The position numbers and the translations under genes are program-made. The notes beneath the pieces were generated by a model that was given only the letters and a program-made list of their open reading frames with translations, had not been told where the DNA came from and made no database searches. Below are positions 12,897 to 24,900 of a stretch of DNA of 64,000 nt, one piece after another (within the stretch, counting starts at the first letter, position 1; the number at the start of each line of letters is the position of its first letter). The DNA is from Balanoglossus misakiensis (lineage: Eukaryota > Animalia > Hemichordata), in contig CM082577.2 of assembly GCA_040954595.2 (NCBI GenBank), positions 6,374,301 to 6,438,300 on the forward strand. Reading direction: 5' to 3'.

Positions 12897-15800
12897 TCAA
12901 CCAAGACCAACGTCCAATGACATCATCACGATGAAACCAACTATACATCCCCATGATGCCAGAACACCATTTCCACTGAGAAAAAAAATAAAATGGAGAA
13001 AATGATACTATACTGATTTTATTTATTCATAAAGACAAAATGGTCAGAATTTCGATGGATGGCAGAAAATGGTGAAATGTTGCACATTAAAATCGCACTG
13101 ATCTATGGAAAACATGCTTATAGAAGAACACATACCTTGTCTGTGCCTCAGGTATGATGTCATCAACTACGACGTACACCATGGCACCTGCAGCAAACGC
13201 CAAGGCATAGGGTAGCAGTGGTTCTGCAATCACCATAGCAAGAGCCCCAAAGACACCAGCAACTGGTTCCACCATCCCACTAAGTTGGCCGTACCTGGAA
13301 CAATAAAGGTGGTGCTATGAGTATTTGGTAGATGAGAGAATTTTTTTCCTTTCACAGAGTAATCTCACATCAGGAAAATTTAGCAGGAACATGTATGTAG
13401 TGCATAAAGGGTTTCTCTACATCGTGTCTCAATTTATCTATCATAAAAAGAGGCTGACTTTTTGGTGTTTAGTGGACAAATGATTTCAAACATCATAAAT
13501 ACTTTAGTACAAAATTTAACTGATCAGATTACCAGATGCTCCAACTTTTTTTTTTCGCATGAAACATTTGAATATACTACTAATGAACAGTCATAATTCA
13601 AAGGATCAAATCATACTACTCACCAAAAACTTTTCCATGTTGAGTACCCAGCACCCCTCAGCGGAAGACTGACAGCAAGGCCTTCTGGGAAATTTTGAAT
13701 ACCTATACCTATGGCAAGATTTCTGGGGGAGAAATAAAACAATTTCCTTGTAATTTAGAACTCCAGTTTGACATTTGGTTAAATAGCTTTGGCAAACAAT
13801 CGCATGAGCAGTTCTTCAAATGTAATGAAATATAGGTAGGGTTATAGCTGTACCTGGCACTTTCAAAAGTTGCTGACGGTGTCTTGCCAACTGCACCAAA
13901 GCCAACCCCAACTGCAAGACCCTCTGGAACACAGAGATAGTAAAAATTCAGAATTAGAAAAAGTTTTATCAGGATATCATACCGGATAAAGCTGGTAGCA
14001 ACTTCCCATTACACAAGTAACAATGACAACCGTAGATCTATCTTCCAATAGTCAGTCAGAGTAGGTGAGATTTTTCTGAAAATCTTTGCCATGTCTTGTT
14101 ACATGTAGTACATATAAAGAGATGTTTCACGCGTTGTGTGACTGGTAAGGCCAGTCACAGCTGATACAATACAAACTGAAATTTAACCTAATTTACTATG
14201 TATCATGCATATTCTCATTAATTTACATATTATAGAGTGCCTCACCTGGTATATTATGTATGGTAATAGCAACTATAAGCAAAAGTATCCGCCTCCAGCT
14301 ATTTTTTCTCTGTTCAAATGATTGATTATGTTTTGTTATGACGCCGTCCTCCACAGCATCCACATATCCATGCGGATGCATTCCTTTCCGTCTTTGCGTT
14401 GTACTCACTGGTCCGTTTTCTGGTACTCCTGTTGGAAATAAAAGTGTATATCAATCATCAGGGAGATATTAGACTGAACATAAATTCAAAATTGAGTTGT
14501 TCCACCACATATCAGTGAGTACCAAAAGAAGTATTTTCACTCCCTGTACTTTAACTTAAACATACATATTTTAATGAAAATGATAGAAATCAAGCAATTT
14601 TTTTCCTCACCTATATACGTTGTTGAGTTATCATTTTGTATTTGACCATCAACCATTTCATAGTCATCATCGCTGTGAAATTTGTGTTGTGTTTCGATGG
14701 CTAAGGCGATATTTGGTGAGCTTATTCCCTTCATTAAAAAGATAAGAATAAAATATTATTAGAGATTGCGAGAGACACATCTTGTAGAGGGGGTGTTCCG
14801 GTCTTGTCAGTTTTGCTACATGCCACCACTTGGTGGCGCTTCACATTGACAAGGTTTACCGGGGTATTCGTGAGCTGACCAAACAAAAGGGTTTACTCAA
14901 AAGCATAGTTGATGCAAAGAATAAAAATAAACTGAACTGTAGGGAAATTTAACAACTGCTGCATCTGTGTGCTTACAGCAGATCAACAGACAGATTGCTA
15001 ATCTGATTATGATATGCACCACTACAATGGCTAAGGCGGTACTCAAAGATATCTTATTGGAATTTAGCCAAGACAACAAAATACATATAACACACTATAA
15101 CCCCTCATTTTTTTTCTGTGCAATCCTGTTAAGTAACACCTTTACAAATGGTAATATGCATATATTTTACATGCAGCAACTAAGTCAATCAATCATTGAG
15201 TCTTTTGTTGATGTGAACAATACCCCATGTGGCATAATTTAGTGGTTTACATAACTTTTCTTTGAAACATTTTGACATTTAGATACATACCAGATATGGC
15301 ATGAATTTGTCCGCAAAGAAGACAAAGGCAGCACCGAGAGCAAAACCAACGGCAACCGGCAGGAAGGCCCATTCACCATGGTTTCCATAGCTACCAGACT
15401 TCTCAGCAAGCTCAATGGCTGGAGCGAGCAAGGACCAGTAGGATGCCGCTATCATCACCTATAGGTTTCAAGAAAAGATATTGTTAGTCTAGAAAAGGTC
15501 TGGTCTAGCTAATAAAGCAGCCCACAGCAAATATTTGTCAGTCATTCATATCAATACAACTTAACAACCTAGGGTCATGCTACCATACGACTCCAAGATC
15601 AAGAAAGAGGCATTTATCACATCATACACTGACACCAAGTGTGGAGAAGCTTCAATCATTGTAGGGTTTGGTCTTCATTTTTTTAATCTTTTCCCTCAAC
15701 GATCTTTTGAATTATGAAAAACAAGCCTAACAAGTAATATATATGTTGCTGATAAAATGAGTATATCTGTGGAACAACACATTTGCATATATCAAAATAG

Positions 15801-18725
15801 ATTCATGTTATACTGGCAGGCAACATTAAAGTTCTTACATAATATCGACAGATAAAACTGATAATTTGTATATAATATGCAAATAGAACCAAACTCACCC
15901 CAGCAGCAAATCCCAGGCTTCCATCAAGAACTTTTCTCTGTGAGAGGAAAAAAATAAAACATTTATTAAGTGAAGCCTCTGCGATGTTAAAAATTAATAC
16001 CTAGTTCTTCTAACTTTCTAATCTTCCTATAAAAACAACTGAAAATTTCATGAATTCCCAGGAAGGAGATAAGAATTGACACACACACACACACACACGT
16101 GTGTAGCAACAGACTTTACAGCCATACTCTGATAAAAGATGCCATGGTCTCATTTTTTAAGTTGCTGTTAATAATACACTGGCAAGCACATACATATTGC
16201 AAACAGCAGCTAAAAATGCTGACATGAACTTTACATTTTTTATGGTGTTTTATGGTGACAATCTTGATACTTATCCTCGTAGTGAACCCTGGAATCACAC
16301 GTCTTTTGTGATCACCACAGGAACTGTTACAATTTATTAATAACTCACTTTTGGGTCACCTATTTTTGGAATAAATGACCTGATAAAATGACTTCTGCTA
16401 TCTGATAGTTATACTAATAGGAATAAAACATGGAAGTGCCCATTACCTGACGGAACTGATGTATAAATACTAAGCTAGACAAAAATTCCTGTCTATATGT
16501 TCATTTGCATCAGTATACAAAATCTGTGTTCCAAGTCAAAGTGGCCATGGCTTCAAAAAATCTCATCAATTGAAGACCTTCTTAACAACAGTCAAATTTA
16601 TCTTGCAGGGTTACTTCACAGAAATAACAAACATGCCAAGAGGATATAAAATCCTCAAACATATCTAGTATTTCATTAAAAAGGCTGTTCACATTTTGTA
16701 ATTATGGATATGAATACAAACATCTGCCACCGGTTCAACTAAAGATCATTTTTTTTAAATACCATATTCTGTACAATATGTTAAATGTTGCAAAGACATG
16801 GCAACTCACTGAAGTATATACATGTATTTCCCTGGGTTATTTTAATACAATGTAGACACAATCATTTTTTTTTTTACGGACGAGCATTTCACATGCAAGC
16901 CACGTTCTCCACACATTGTTTATATTCACAGGGATGTTGAAAATAGCCAGCAGCTGGTAAAAGAACTGGCTGTCAGCTCAAACTTACCGGCTGTGAAAAT
17001 TATAAGTTCGATGGAAAATCAGGCACATTTGCACAAATATAATGTGGCCACATGCTTTGCTTATATATAGGGCTATACTTTTATTTCTTCCTGCCAGCTC
17101 TAACAGAAATTTTCTACTTCCCTGAGATGGGTGTGTGTGTTTTTTTTGGACAATGCGTTTATTTGTGTGATCACCACACATGATCAAAAATTTCACTGAA
17201 ACCTTGGAACACAGTTTATTTTCTGATCGTGGTACGTATGAGGTACACAGCATTCAGAGTTGGTTCTGCGACAAAATCTCACAAATACAGTAAAACCTGT
17301 CTAAACCGAACACTGGCTAATTTGTAAACCTGTGTATACCGAACACCCTAGTCCAGTCCCCTTCAAATAAAGCCACGTGAAAAGAACCCTTATAAACCAG
17401 ACAGTCCAAACCCACGAGGGAATTGAGGGTGAAGGGGTTAAACAATTTGATATTTCCCAGTCATATTTCATACTGGTCCTTTCTATCAATCATGGAATGT
17501 TTGTTGCAAATTGCAACCAAGTCATATGGCAGGTACGTTGATAACATATGGCGTTTTTGTGAAGGCTTTTGCAATGTTTTCATCTATTGAATATGTACAG
17601 AGTGATAAATTAGTACCTGCTTCAAACAGTCATGCGTGTATTAAAAGAGTTTCGTTTTGGGAAGATTTTCAATTTATGGGAATATAATGAGGTTTCAGGG
17701 GAGGGGGCGGATGAACAAGTCTAATTTAAATGCAAATCAAGGAATAGTTATTTGCAGTTTTTTAAAAAAATAAGTTAATTTTTATGAATGTACTAAAAAG
17801 GACTTGTTGCATTCAGATCACTCCAAAGTTGTCACAGTGGGTTTCTAACAATCCATCTACACACATATCCTGTACATGATACAGACACTGAGACAGACAT
17901 GTAAATAACAAAGGTCCACATCAAATTAAATGTTAACAGTAAATGCGCTCTTCCTCTTAAACCAATTTCACATTGGGGCATACAGCCCAAAATAGATTAA
18001 TAATAAAAGACATAAATATTTATGACTATTTACAAGTTTTGATGGTCACAAAGCCCAATGAATTATTACAAGTGGTCCAAGGATCCATACGCCCATTACT
18101 CATCCGTTTATTTGTAAACGTGGCCGAAACCAAAAGACACCGAAATGGATTACACTGTCCACGTCCACGTGGATAAATTTATATAATGGCTGGAACATAA
18201 CTGGTACCGCACCGTGTACTTGACTTGATCGGTCCAGATCGACAGCGACCGGTCACGGACTCACCGATGTCAATGTCGAATACTTTGTAGATTGTTCTCT
18301 GATGATCAAACTTATTTTTAAATTCCCGTTTTCTACAGAGGTCTGACTTTTAGGAGGTCGGGGCAGTGGTCAAGTTTCCCAGGCCGGGCCTGGCCTGGCC
18401 TGAGTTGTTTCGCATGTCGAGAAAAATATATAGATCGCGACTGCTTTGAGAAAATTGTCGGGGTGCGTTCGTCCCATTCGACAGTTCTGTGTAAATACAG
18501 CGATCATACCCACCATAAATACACTCATATACTCCATGATCACGCATAGAGGAAACATCCTCGAACTTCAACTTTCAAGTTCAAGTACACGAACGTGTCG
18601 TCCCTGTACAATCTCACCTTTCCAGATGAAAACACGAACACAAGCGCGGCTCCCGCAGCTGTAAGACCCCAGGTGAACAGAGTTCCAAGCAAGGCTTGAA
18701 CAACCGGACTGTAACCGACCAACAT
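12897..18725 (-). CDS. SLC39A11: Zinc transporter ZIP11 (GufA subfamily), 9 coding exons, ~340 aa
   Basis: Exons 18725-18618, 15937-15899, 15458-15291, 14728-14611, 14428-14246, 13923-13854, 13722-13624, 13294-13136, 12975-12897, all GT-AG and in phase. Peptides: [118 protein letters not shown]. Confidence 0.96.
17287..17410. mobile_element. Tc1/mariner (pogo/Tigger-like) MITE fragment
   Basis: TA-CAGTAAAACCTGTCTAAACCGAACAC terminus. The reverse complement of the same terminus occurs at ~46075-46094. Confidence 0.45.
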
Positions 18726-18729
18726 TTTC

Positions 18730-19000
18730 AACAAATACTTTCAAGGCATGTATACCGTACCCGGTATATACTGTGTATATATGAAACACGGAAGTGTCAT
18801 TTGTTTCGTGGTGTGTTCGTTACACTTTTCCTCCACTATGTTGCCCTCTATCAGCTTCATCTTTGCATACTTTTGTTTTTCTGTTGGGTGTTAGCATGCG
18901 CATAGTAAATGAACTTTCTTTACCGTGCGAAACTTCGGACTAATATTTGGTGCAAGTCCCTGGTCAGAAAATGCGCGGCTTGTACAGACATTGCTACTGG
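18730..19000. promoter_or_regulatory. Probable (possibly bidirectional) promoter of SLC39A11
   Basis: Immediately upstream of the ZIP11 ATG. ETS-like CGGAAGTG at ~18788 and NRF1-like GCATGCGCA at ~18893. Motif inference only. Confidence 0.4.
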
Positions 19001-19476
19001 GAAATACAGTAATTTTAAGTTTACTTTGTTTTTACTTCATTTTTTGTTGCGTTTAGAACAAATGAAATGTCTTTGTGAATATTACATGTAACATAGCACT
19101 AAGTCGACTTTCTTACACGGAGCATAAAGTGAAATCGACTTTCTTGTCGAAAAGTTTCATACCCGAAAGCCAAGTACAACTTGTAAGTTTAGATATGCGC
19201 TTCTTTTACAAAACAACGATGGCGGGCAGTGCGCGCCAACGCGTCGACGCGCTCCTATCGCGGTTCGTTCTTTGGACAGTTGCGCGATTTTGGAATTCTG
19301 CAAAAGAACATTGGAACAAGTACATTCGAAAATTGTCAACAATATGTTGTTATGGTATTGTTGATGTCTACAATCGGAATTGTTTGATTCCGTGACTCAC
19401 ACAATCGTTGATCTACACACACCTTCCCTTTTTTTCTCTTTCGTGTTTCTGTCCACTTCAAACTTCCTGACGCGCG

Positions 19477-20086
19477 ATGACCGCTTCGGAGAGATACTGG
19501 TTCTACCCGACCTACATGACCGACAAGATCCGATATGAAGAGAATTTTCAATCTATACTGGATCTGGAATACTACCTCCTCTCCGACATCCCGGCAGAGA
19601 CAAAACCAGACGATTTCCAGATTTACGAAATATCTCTGGCTATCCAGCAAGTTGTAGATGGAGGTAAATTCGACGCTTCTATCAAGCGACGTCTTCTGCT
19701 GGCCGCGTTGGTGTCCGGCCTCTTCGCTGCCGACCATATTATCAATTTCCAGTTATTGATGGATGAACTTCCCTTGCCATGTTTGGAAGAAGGTATTGAT
19801 TGAAACAAATGTATTATGATAGTACGTATTTATCATGGCCATGAAGCCAAAATAGTTTTGGGAACATTATACATATTTTTGTCGTAACAATTTTTTTGGA
19901 AAGTTTGCATGACTTGTCTTTGAAACCATCGTTTCAAATATGTATTTAAACGCTGTGCGTAAAGTATCATAAGTTTAATACCAACATAGGCCTATGCCAT
20001 ATTATAAACTTCTTCAACAGTTCAAACCTGATGAGTTGATTGACTTGAATATTCTTTTTTCCACAGATATCACTCCTTGCAATTGA
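19477..20086 (+). CDS. Uncharacterised ~110-aa protein, divergent from SLC39A11
   Basis: ORF 19477-19803 has coding-like composition (MTASERYWFYPTYMTDKIRYEENFQSILDLEYYLLSD...). Donor G|GTATTG at ~19793 and acceptor ttttttccacag at ~20066 add DITPCN*. No domain recognised; start uncertain. Confidence 0.45.
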
Positions 20087-21942
20087 CGAGCAAGAGGACA
20101 CCCTATTGATCTGATATTCATATAAAGCTGCAAGATCATTTTTTGTCAATGGACTATAAAAAACTTCTGGGTTTACTCAACATATGACGCAGATCTTCAA
20201 GACTAATTCCCTTCGCCAATGTACCCATGCAGTATTACCAATACGGCGACAACCGACGGAAATGGTATTCAAAGCGCGCCACCAACGGTGTTATCGACAT
20301 AGTATGAAGACATGATGATGTACGCACCACCCAGAACGCCAGTCTTTTGACGTCACTCAAGAATCCCACATGGCACAGAAGCAATGTGGAACCGCAAGAC
20401 TTTGACATTTCAACTTTCTCTGTACTATCCACTTATATTTCACATCGTGGGCCAAAGTTGCCCCTCAATAAAACCCCATATGTAACCCACTCAAGACATA
20501 ATACATTGTCATCCAGTGACTGGTCCAGTGATGCAAGCAACTGTGCAGTGATGTCTTCTTTTATAAGAGGTCTCTTGCACATACACAAACAGTGAATGCA
20601 CCTATGAATTTTAACTCAAAATGACCAAGTCCTCTGGTGGCTCAATAAGACTTCAATTGTTGTCTGTCTCCCACTTCCCATACACCATGATATTCTCGCA
20701 TCTCACACTCAGAACTTTCTCACATTCATGCAAAATAAGCCACAGCTGCAATCATGATTTGAGCTTTGAATTTCTATAAATTCGTTAATTTAATTGTCCA
20801 TACTATAGAGGATAAATAGTATACATTAAGACTCTGGAAAGTACATTACAAAGTGGAAAATTTCAAGGAAAGTACAGACCGAAACAAAAAAGTGAAATTC
20901 ATGAGAAAACTATCAAATAAGATGTCGAATATCAATCAATCAGTCCATTATGCTTTGGTCAAATCTTATCTACACGCCCACTTCAACTTGACTTTCAATA
21001 TTATTATTCACAATTACATTCTCAAGAGTCCAAAAGAACTTGCATTTATTTACACACACGGGAAAAATAAAGTCTTCAAGCATCTTAAAAATGGCAGTAT
21101 AAAAACTGGAAGATGCAACTTGACATGAGAATCTTCACATTCACCAGAGCTACGGAAGAAGACGGGTGAGATTGGTAACTATTAACATGTACTGACCATT
21201 ACCATTAAACGGGAGACACTTGTTGATGATGATACGCCGGTTACCATTCATTTTACCATAACCAGTAGTAACTACGCTGCAACCATACCATTTTTACCAT
21301 TACCAGGAGTAGCCACTCTCTCGCTTTCTGCTGCTTACCACCAAACCAAGCAGTGAGAAATACTAACTGCGTAGCTTTGTAGTTAGTATAAACTCGCTGC
21401 CGATCGCTGCAAACCGGATATAACTTTTTTCCGGCTGTTACCATTTACCATAATCTGCTGTGACTGGGAACACGGGAACTCGACCACGGGGGATTTCGAC
21501 GCTGATGTTGCTGACGGCTGGAACGGACAACGAATTGAAGTGCCCCATCTGTGTAGGTAACTGGAAACTACAGGTGATGTGTGTGAAGAGGGGTCTAGGG
21601 TCAGATCCCAGTAATTTGACTGCATTACTGGGAACACCCCCATTAATGGACTGATGTTGAGGGGAAGCATCGGCTCACACGTCAACTCATCTTTTGCGCT
21701 GGGTGGATGGAACCGCAGGCTTCAAATCTACGACTTGATTTTCATTGATTTTTTTTTCTTTTCGATCTGGGATTCTTCACAACAAGTGAGCTCAAACACT
21801 TAGATCACTCGACCAAGCAGTGAAGGCATACATACACAAACTTAGATGCAGGCCTCAGGAATCGCTGAGAAAATATAAAACTGAGAACGTGTGGTAAGAA
21901 CGGACATAAACCCCCCCAAAGATGGCCCCGGCTTGCGAGCTA

Positions 21943-24900
21943 TCAGCTGCTCAGAGCGGCTTGGCTCTGTTTGCAGTCCACCTTTTGCTGATCAGCCGTA
22001 AACTGAGCGCCGAGGTTTGTCAAAAACTCTAGGCAGTCTTCAGAGTTGGGAAATGCCAACGTGCTCTCGATTAATGACACATCGATCGTGGGGCGATATC
22101 TGGTGCAATAAAGAAAACACGAGTTAGATATGCGGAGCGATTTCTCGAGGCAACATCAAGAAGAGGTTACACGAAGTCTCTGGTACATGTGCAAACTTCT
22201 TACCTACGAACTGGAACAGCTGAAATGAAGGAACCCTTATACACACTTTGGTTGAACAAGAATTATATGGCGACGAGAGATAGAGGACAAATATCAATCA
22301 CAATGTTTGCCACACACAAGCCAGCCTAAAACCCACGTACACACGGACAATTGCCACTCAACGCTGCAGAATGGTTTGCCCTGAAGTGTTCAAAATTAGC
22401 AATGTTATTGCATTGTGTTTTCACTACAGCAATGGCATGGGGATCTTGCACTCTTCTACTGCCCTCCTCTTGTAATGGGGCATTGTTGGGGGCCGGGGCA
22501 CCTATTATTAACACCCATATGCTACGATTTATGATACATTTCTACTTGCCTATGTTATGTTCATGTCTGCATGCAATCAACACTATTACGGTTCATATCA
22601 TGCACATTTCATTGAGAGATGATTGTCAGTACACATGGGTTTTAGGCTACTGCATTTCTGGCGCACGCACTCACACACACACACGCACACACACACAAAC
22701 AGACAAGTACAGGCACACACACACGCACATCTTAAACACAGGTTTGTAATAACATTCTCCCAACTGAAACCAATCACTTTAGAAACTCTTTTGCACCAAA
22801 CAATTTACCTGGAGGGTGTAACCTTAAACACCAGCAACCCTCAACAGCGATACTTACCTTTCTAGAACACAGGGAGTAAAATATTATTAGGCGAGTGCAA
22901 ATTAATCAAACCAATGACAAAAACAAACAAAAAAGCTAATAATACAGAAATAAACATACGATTTGAGGATGATTTTGGCAGCAGCCCTTCGTTCCCGATC
23001 TATAAACATGTCAATGAGATAACCGCTCATTTTGGGCGATTCCTGATAGAGTTTAAAGAATCTATAGTAATTTGATAGCACCCATGCCGATCGCACTGCT
23101 AACGCATGCTTTACACAGTGATCGTGTTTCAAGTCAGAACTCAGAGAGGACAGAGCAGTTGTCAAATCTGGAAGGAAATACTGTCAAGGAAAAAGATGCA
23201 TTAACTTTTGTAAATTAAATGGACAGGGATACCAAAGCTGACAGATAAGACTTTGAAGACTTCTGCAAGTGCGGTCTAAAGGATACCCATAGTGTTCTTT
23301 GTAAATATGTAGTAAATAATTCTGTAAGCTGTAAATTCTTCGATGTTCCCTGGTAAGTTTTCGGAGTACAATGCCTTCAGTTGTGTTTGGCATTGGTTGA
23401 ATTCTTCTCGATCACCCTGTTGTGACAGAAATATAAAGATGGGTCAAAATTTGCATTGTTGCAAAGTTTGTATCAGAGATCATGATCTGTTTCTGTTATG
23501 AATAAGTCTATGAGCTCATATGCATGTGGTCATCTACAGAATGCAAGTAAACATTCAACTTACATTTTCCAGTGCTATTCTGGCATGAGTTTCATACACT
23601 TCAACAGTAAACGGGTCCCTGATACGCTGAACCTGTAAAGTAGATCGAGAAAATCTTCAATGGAAAGGAAAGACATTGTTTCCACGCAATCTCTTTTCAA
23701 TTACCCATTGACTGACCAGAGCATAGATGAAGCAGCAGCACCAGCATCATTCACTCAACTTTGCATCAAGTATCAAATCACGGCATCATCTAGGTAATTT
23801 CTGTAGGCAACGAGGTCTGGAAATGCATTGAATTTTGCATCCAAACACGGGGAAACGCCTACAATGTTACTATTCCTGCATAGAATAATGAAGAAGGGCA
23901 GTGCAAAAAGCCCAATTCATTCAAGTGTGATGCAGGGTTGGTTTGCAGTATCAGGACGGATGCATTCACTACAACCTGACCATCAAAGACACATGAAGCC
24001 AAATTCCCCCAAACTCCTACAAATCATGAACATGCAGTATTATAGACTTACTGTGAGATCCTGTCTGATAGATTTCAGCTGTTCGCAGGCGTAGCGATAA
24101 TCACGCTTTTCTTTCCAATCGTCTTTGACCATCTGCAAAGATTTCTTTAAGATTTCCACCGGTCGTACGGTTGATGCATCAGGTGCCTTCAAAAAGAAGA
24201 AAACATAAATTGAAGAAACCCTACTACATTTGCGACAACGAAGGGGAAAGGGATATATTTGTTAACTCCTGATTCAGTCCACTTTAGACGCACCTCATGG
24301 CAGAGTTTGCAAAACAACATAGAAAGCTTCTTCATGTGATGTGGGTTTTTTTTCTATGTATAGTGGAGACACAACACTGACAGAGTTCAAATGCACAGTA
24401 GAGTACATGTACTTACAGCTGTCAGTCTGAGATATGGCTTTGCCAGCTCCTCACTCGTTCCAACAACAGGCTCCGTATTCCACTCAATATCACTGTCGTC
24501 ATTGTCCTGAAAATGAAGTAATGCCAGCAACATTATTCGCTCGACTTCGCAACGACAAGTATCAACTGCAGCATTGTTTGGATAATTTCTGTAGGCAACG
24601 AGGTCTGGAAATGCATTACATTTTGCATCCGAACACGGGGAAACGCCTACAATTTTACTCTTCCTGCATAGAATAACGAAGAAGGGCAGTAACAAAGCCC
24701 AACTCATTCAAGTGTGATGCAGGGTTGGTTTGCAGTATAGTAAAGTCGGATGATACCCACCCCTACCCCCCGATCTCCACCACACCAACAGTTAACCTCA
24801 TTCACCACCACAGATTTTAAATCCAAAGAAACAGATGGACAAGACAACTTACAGCGTAGGCATTGATGTTCAACGTCAGTCTCTGTTGACGTGGCTGCGG

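Noticed and set aside
19230-19236. MTF-1 metal-response core TGCGCGC upstream of ZIP11
   Set aside because: A single degenerate 7-mer in a CpG-rich region is expected by chance.
19075-19395. 106-aa ORF as a separate gene
   Set aside because: Non-ATG start and weak coding composition; it may only be a 5' exon or UTR of the adjacent orphan gene.
21240-21455. SECIS element in the LENG8 3' UTR
   Set aside because: No in-frame UGA inside the LENG8 CDS and no AUGA/GA kink-turn geometry seen.
22326-22520. U17/SNORA73-like RNA (AAACCAU motif) in the LENG8 last intron
   Set aside because: The partner AUAUUCCUA motif and a convincing H/ACA fold are absent.
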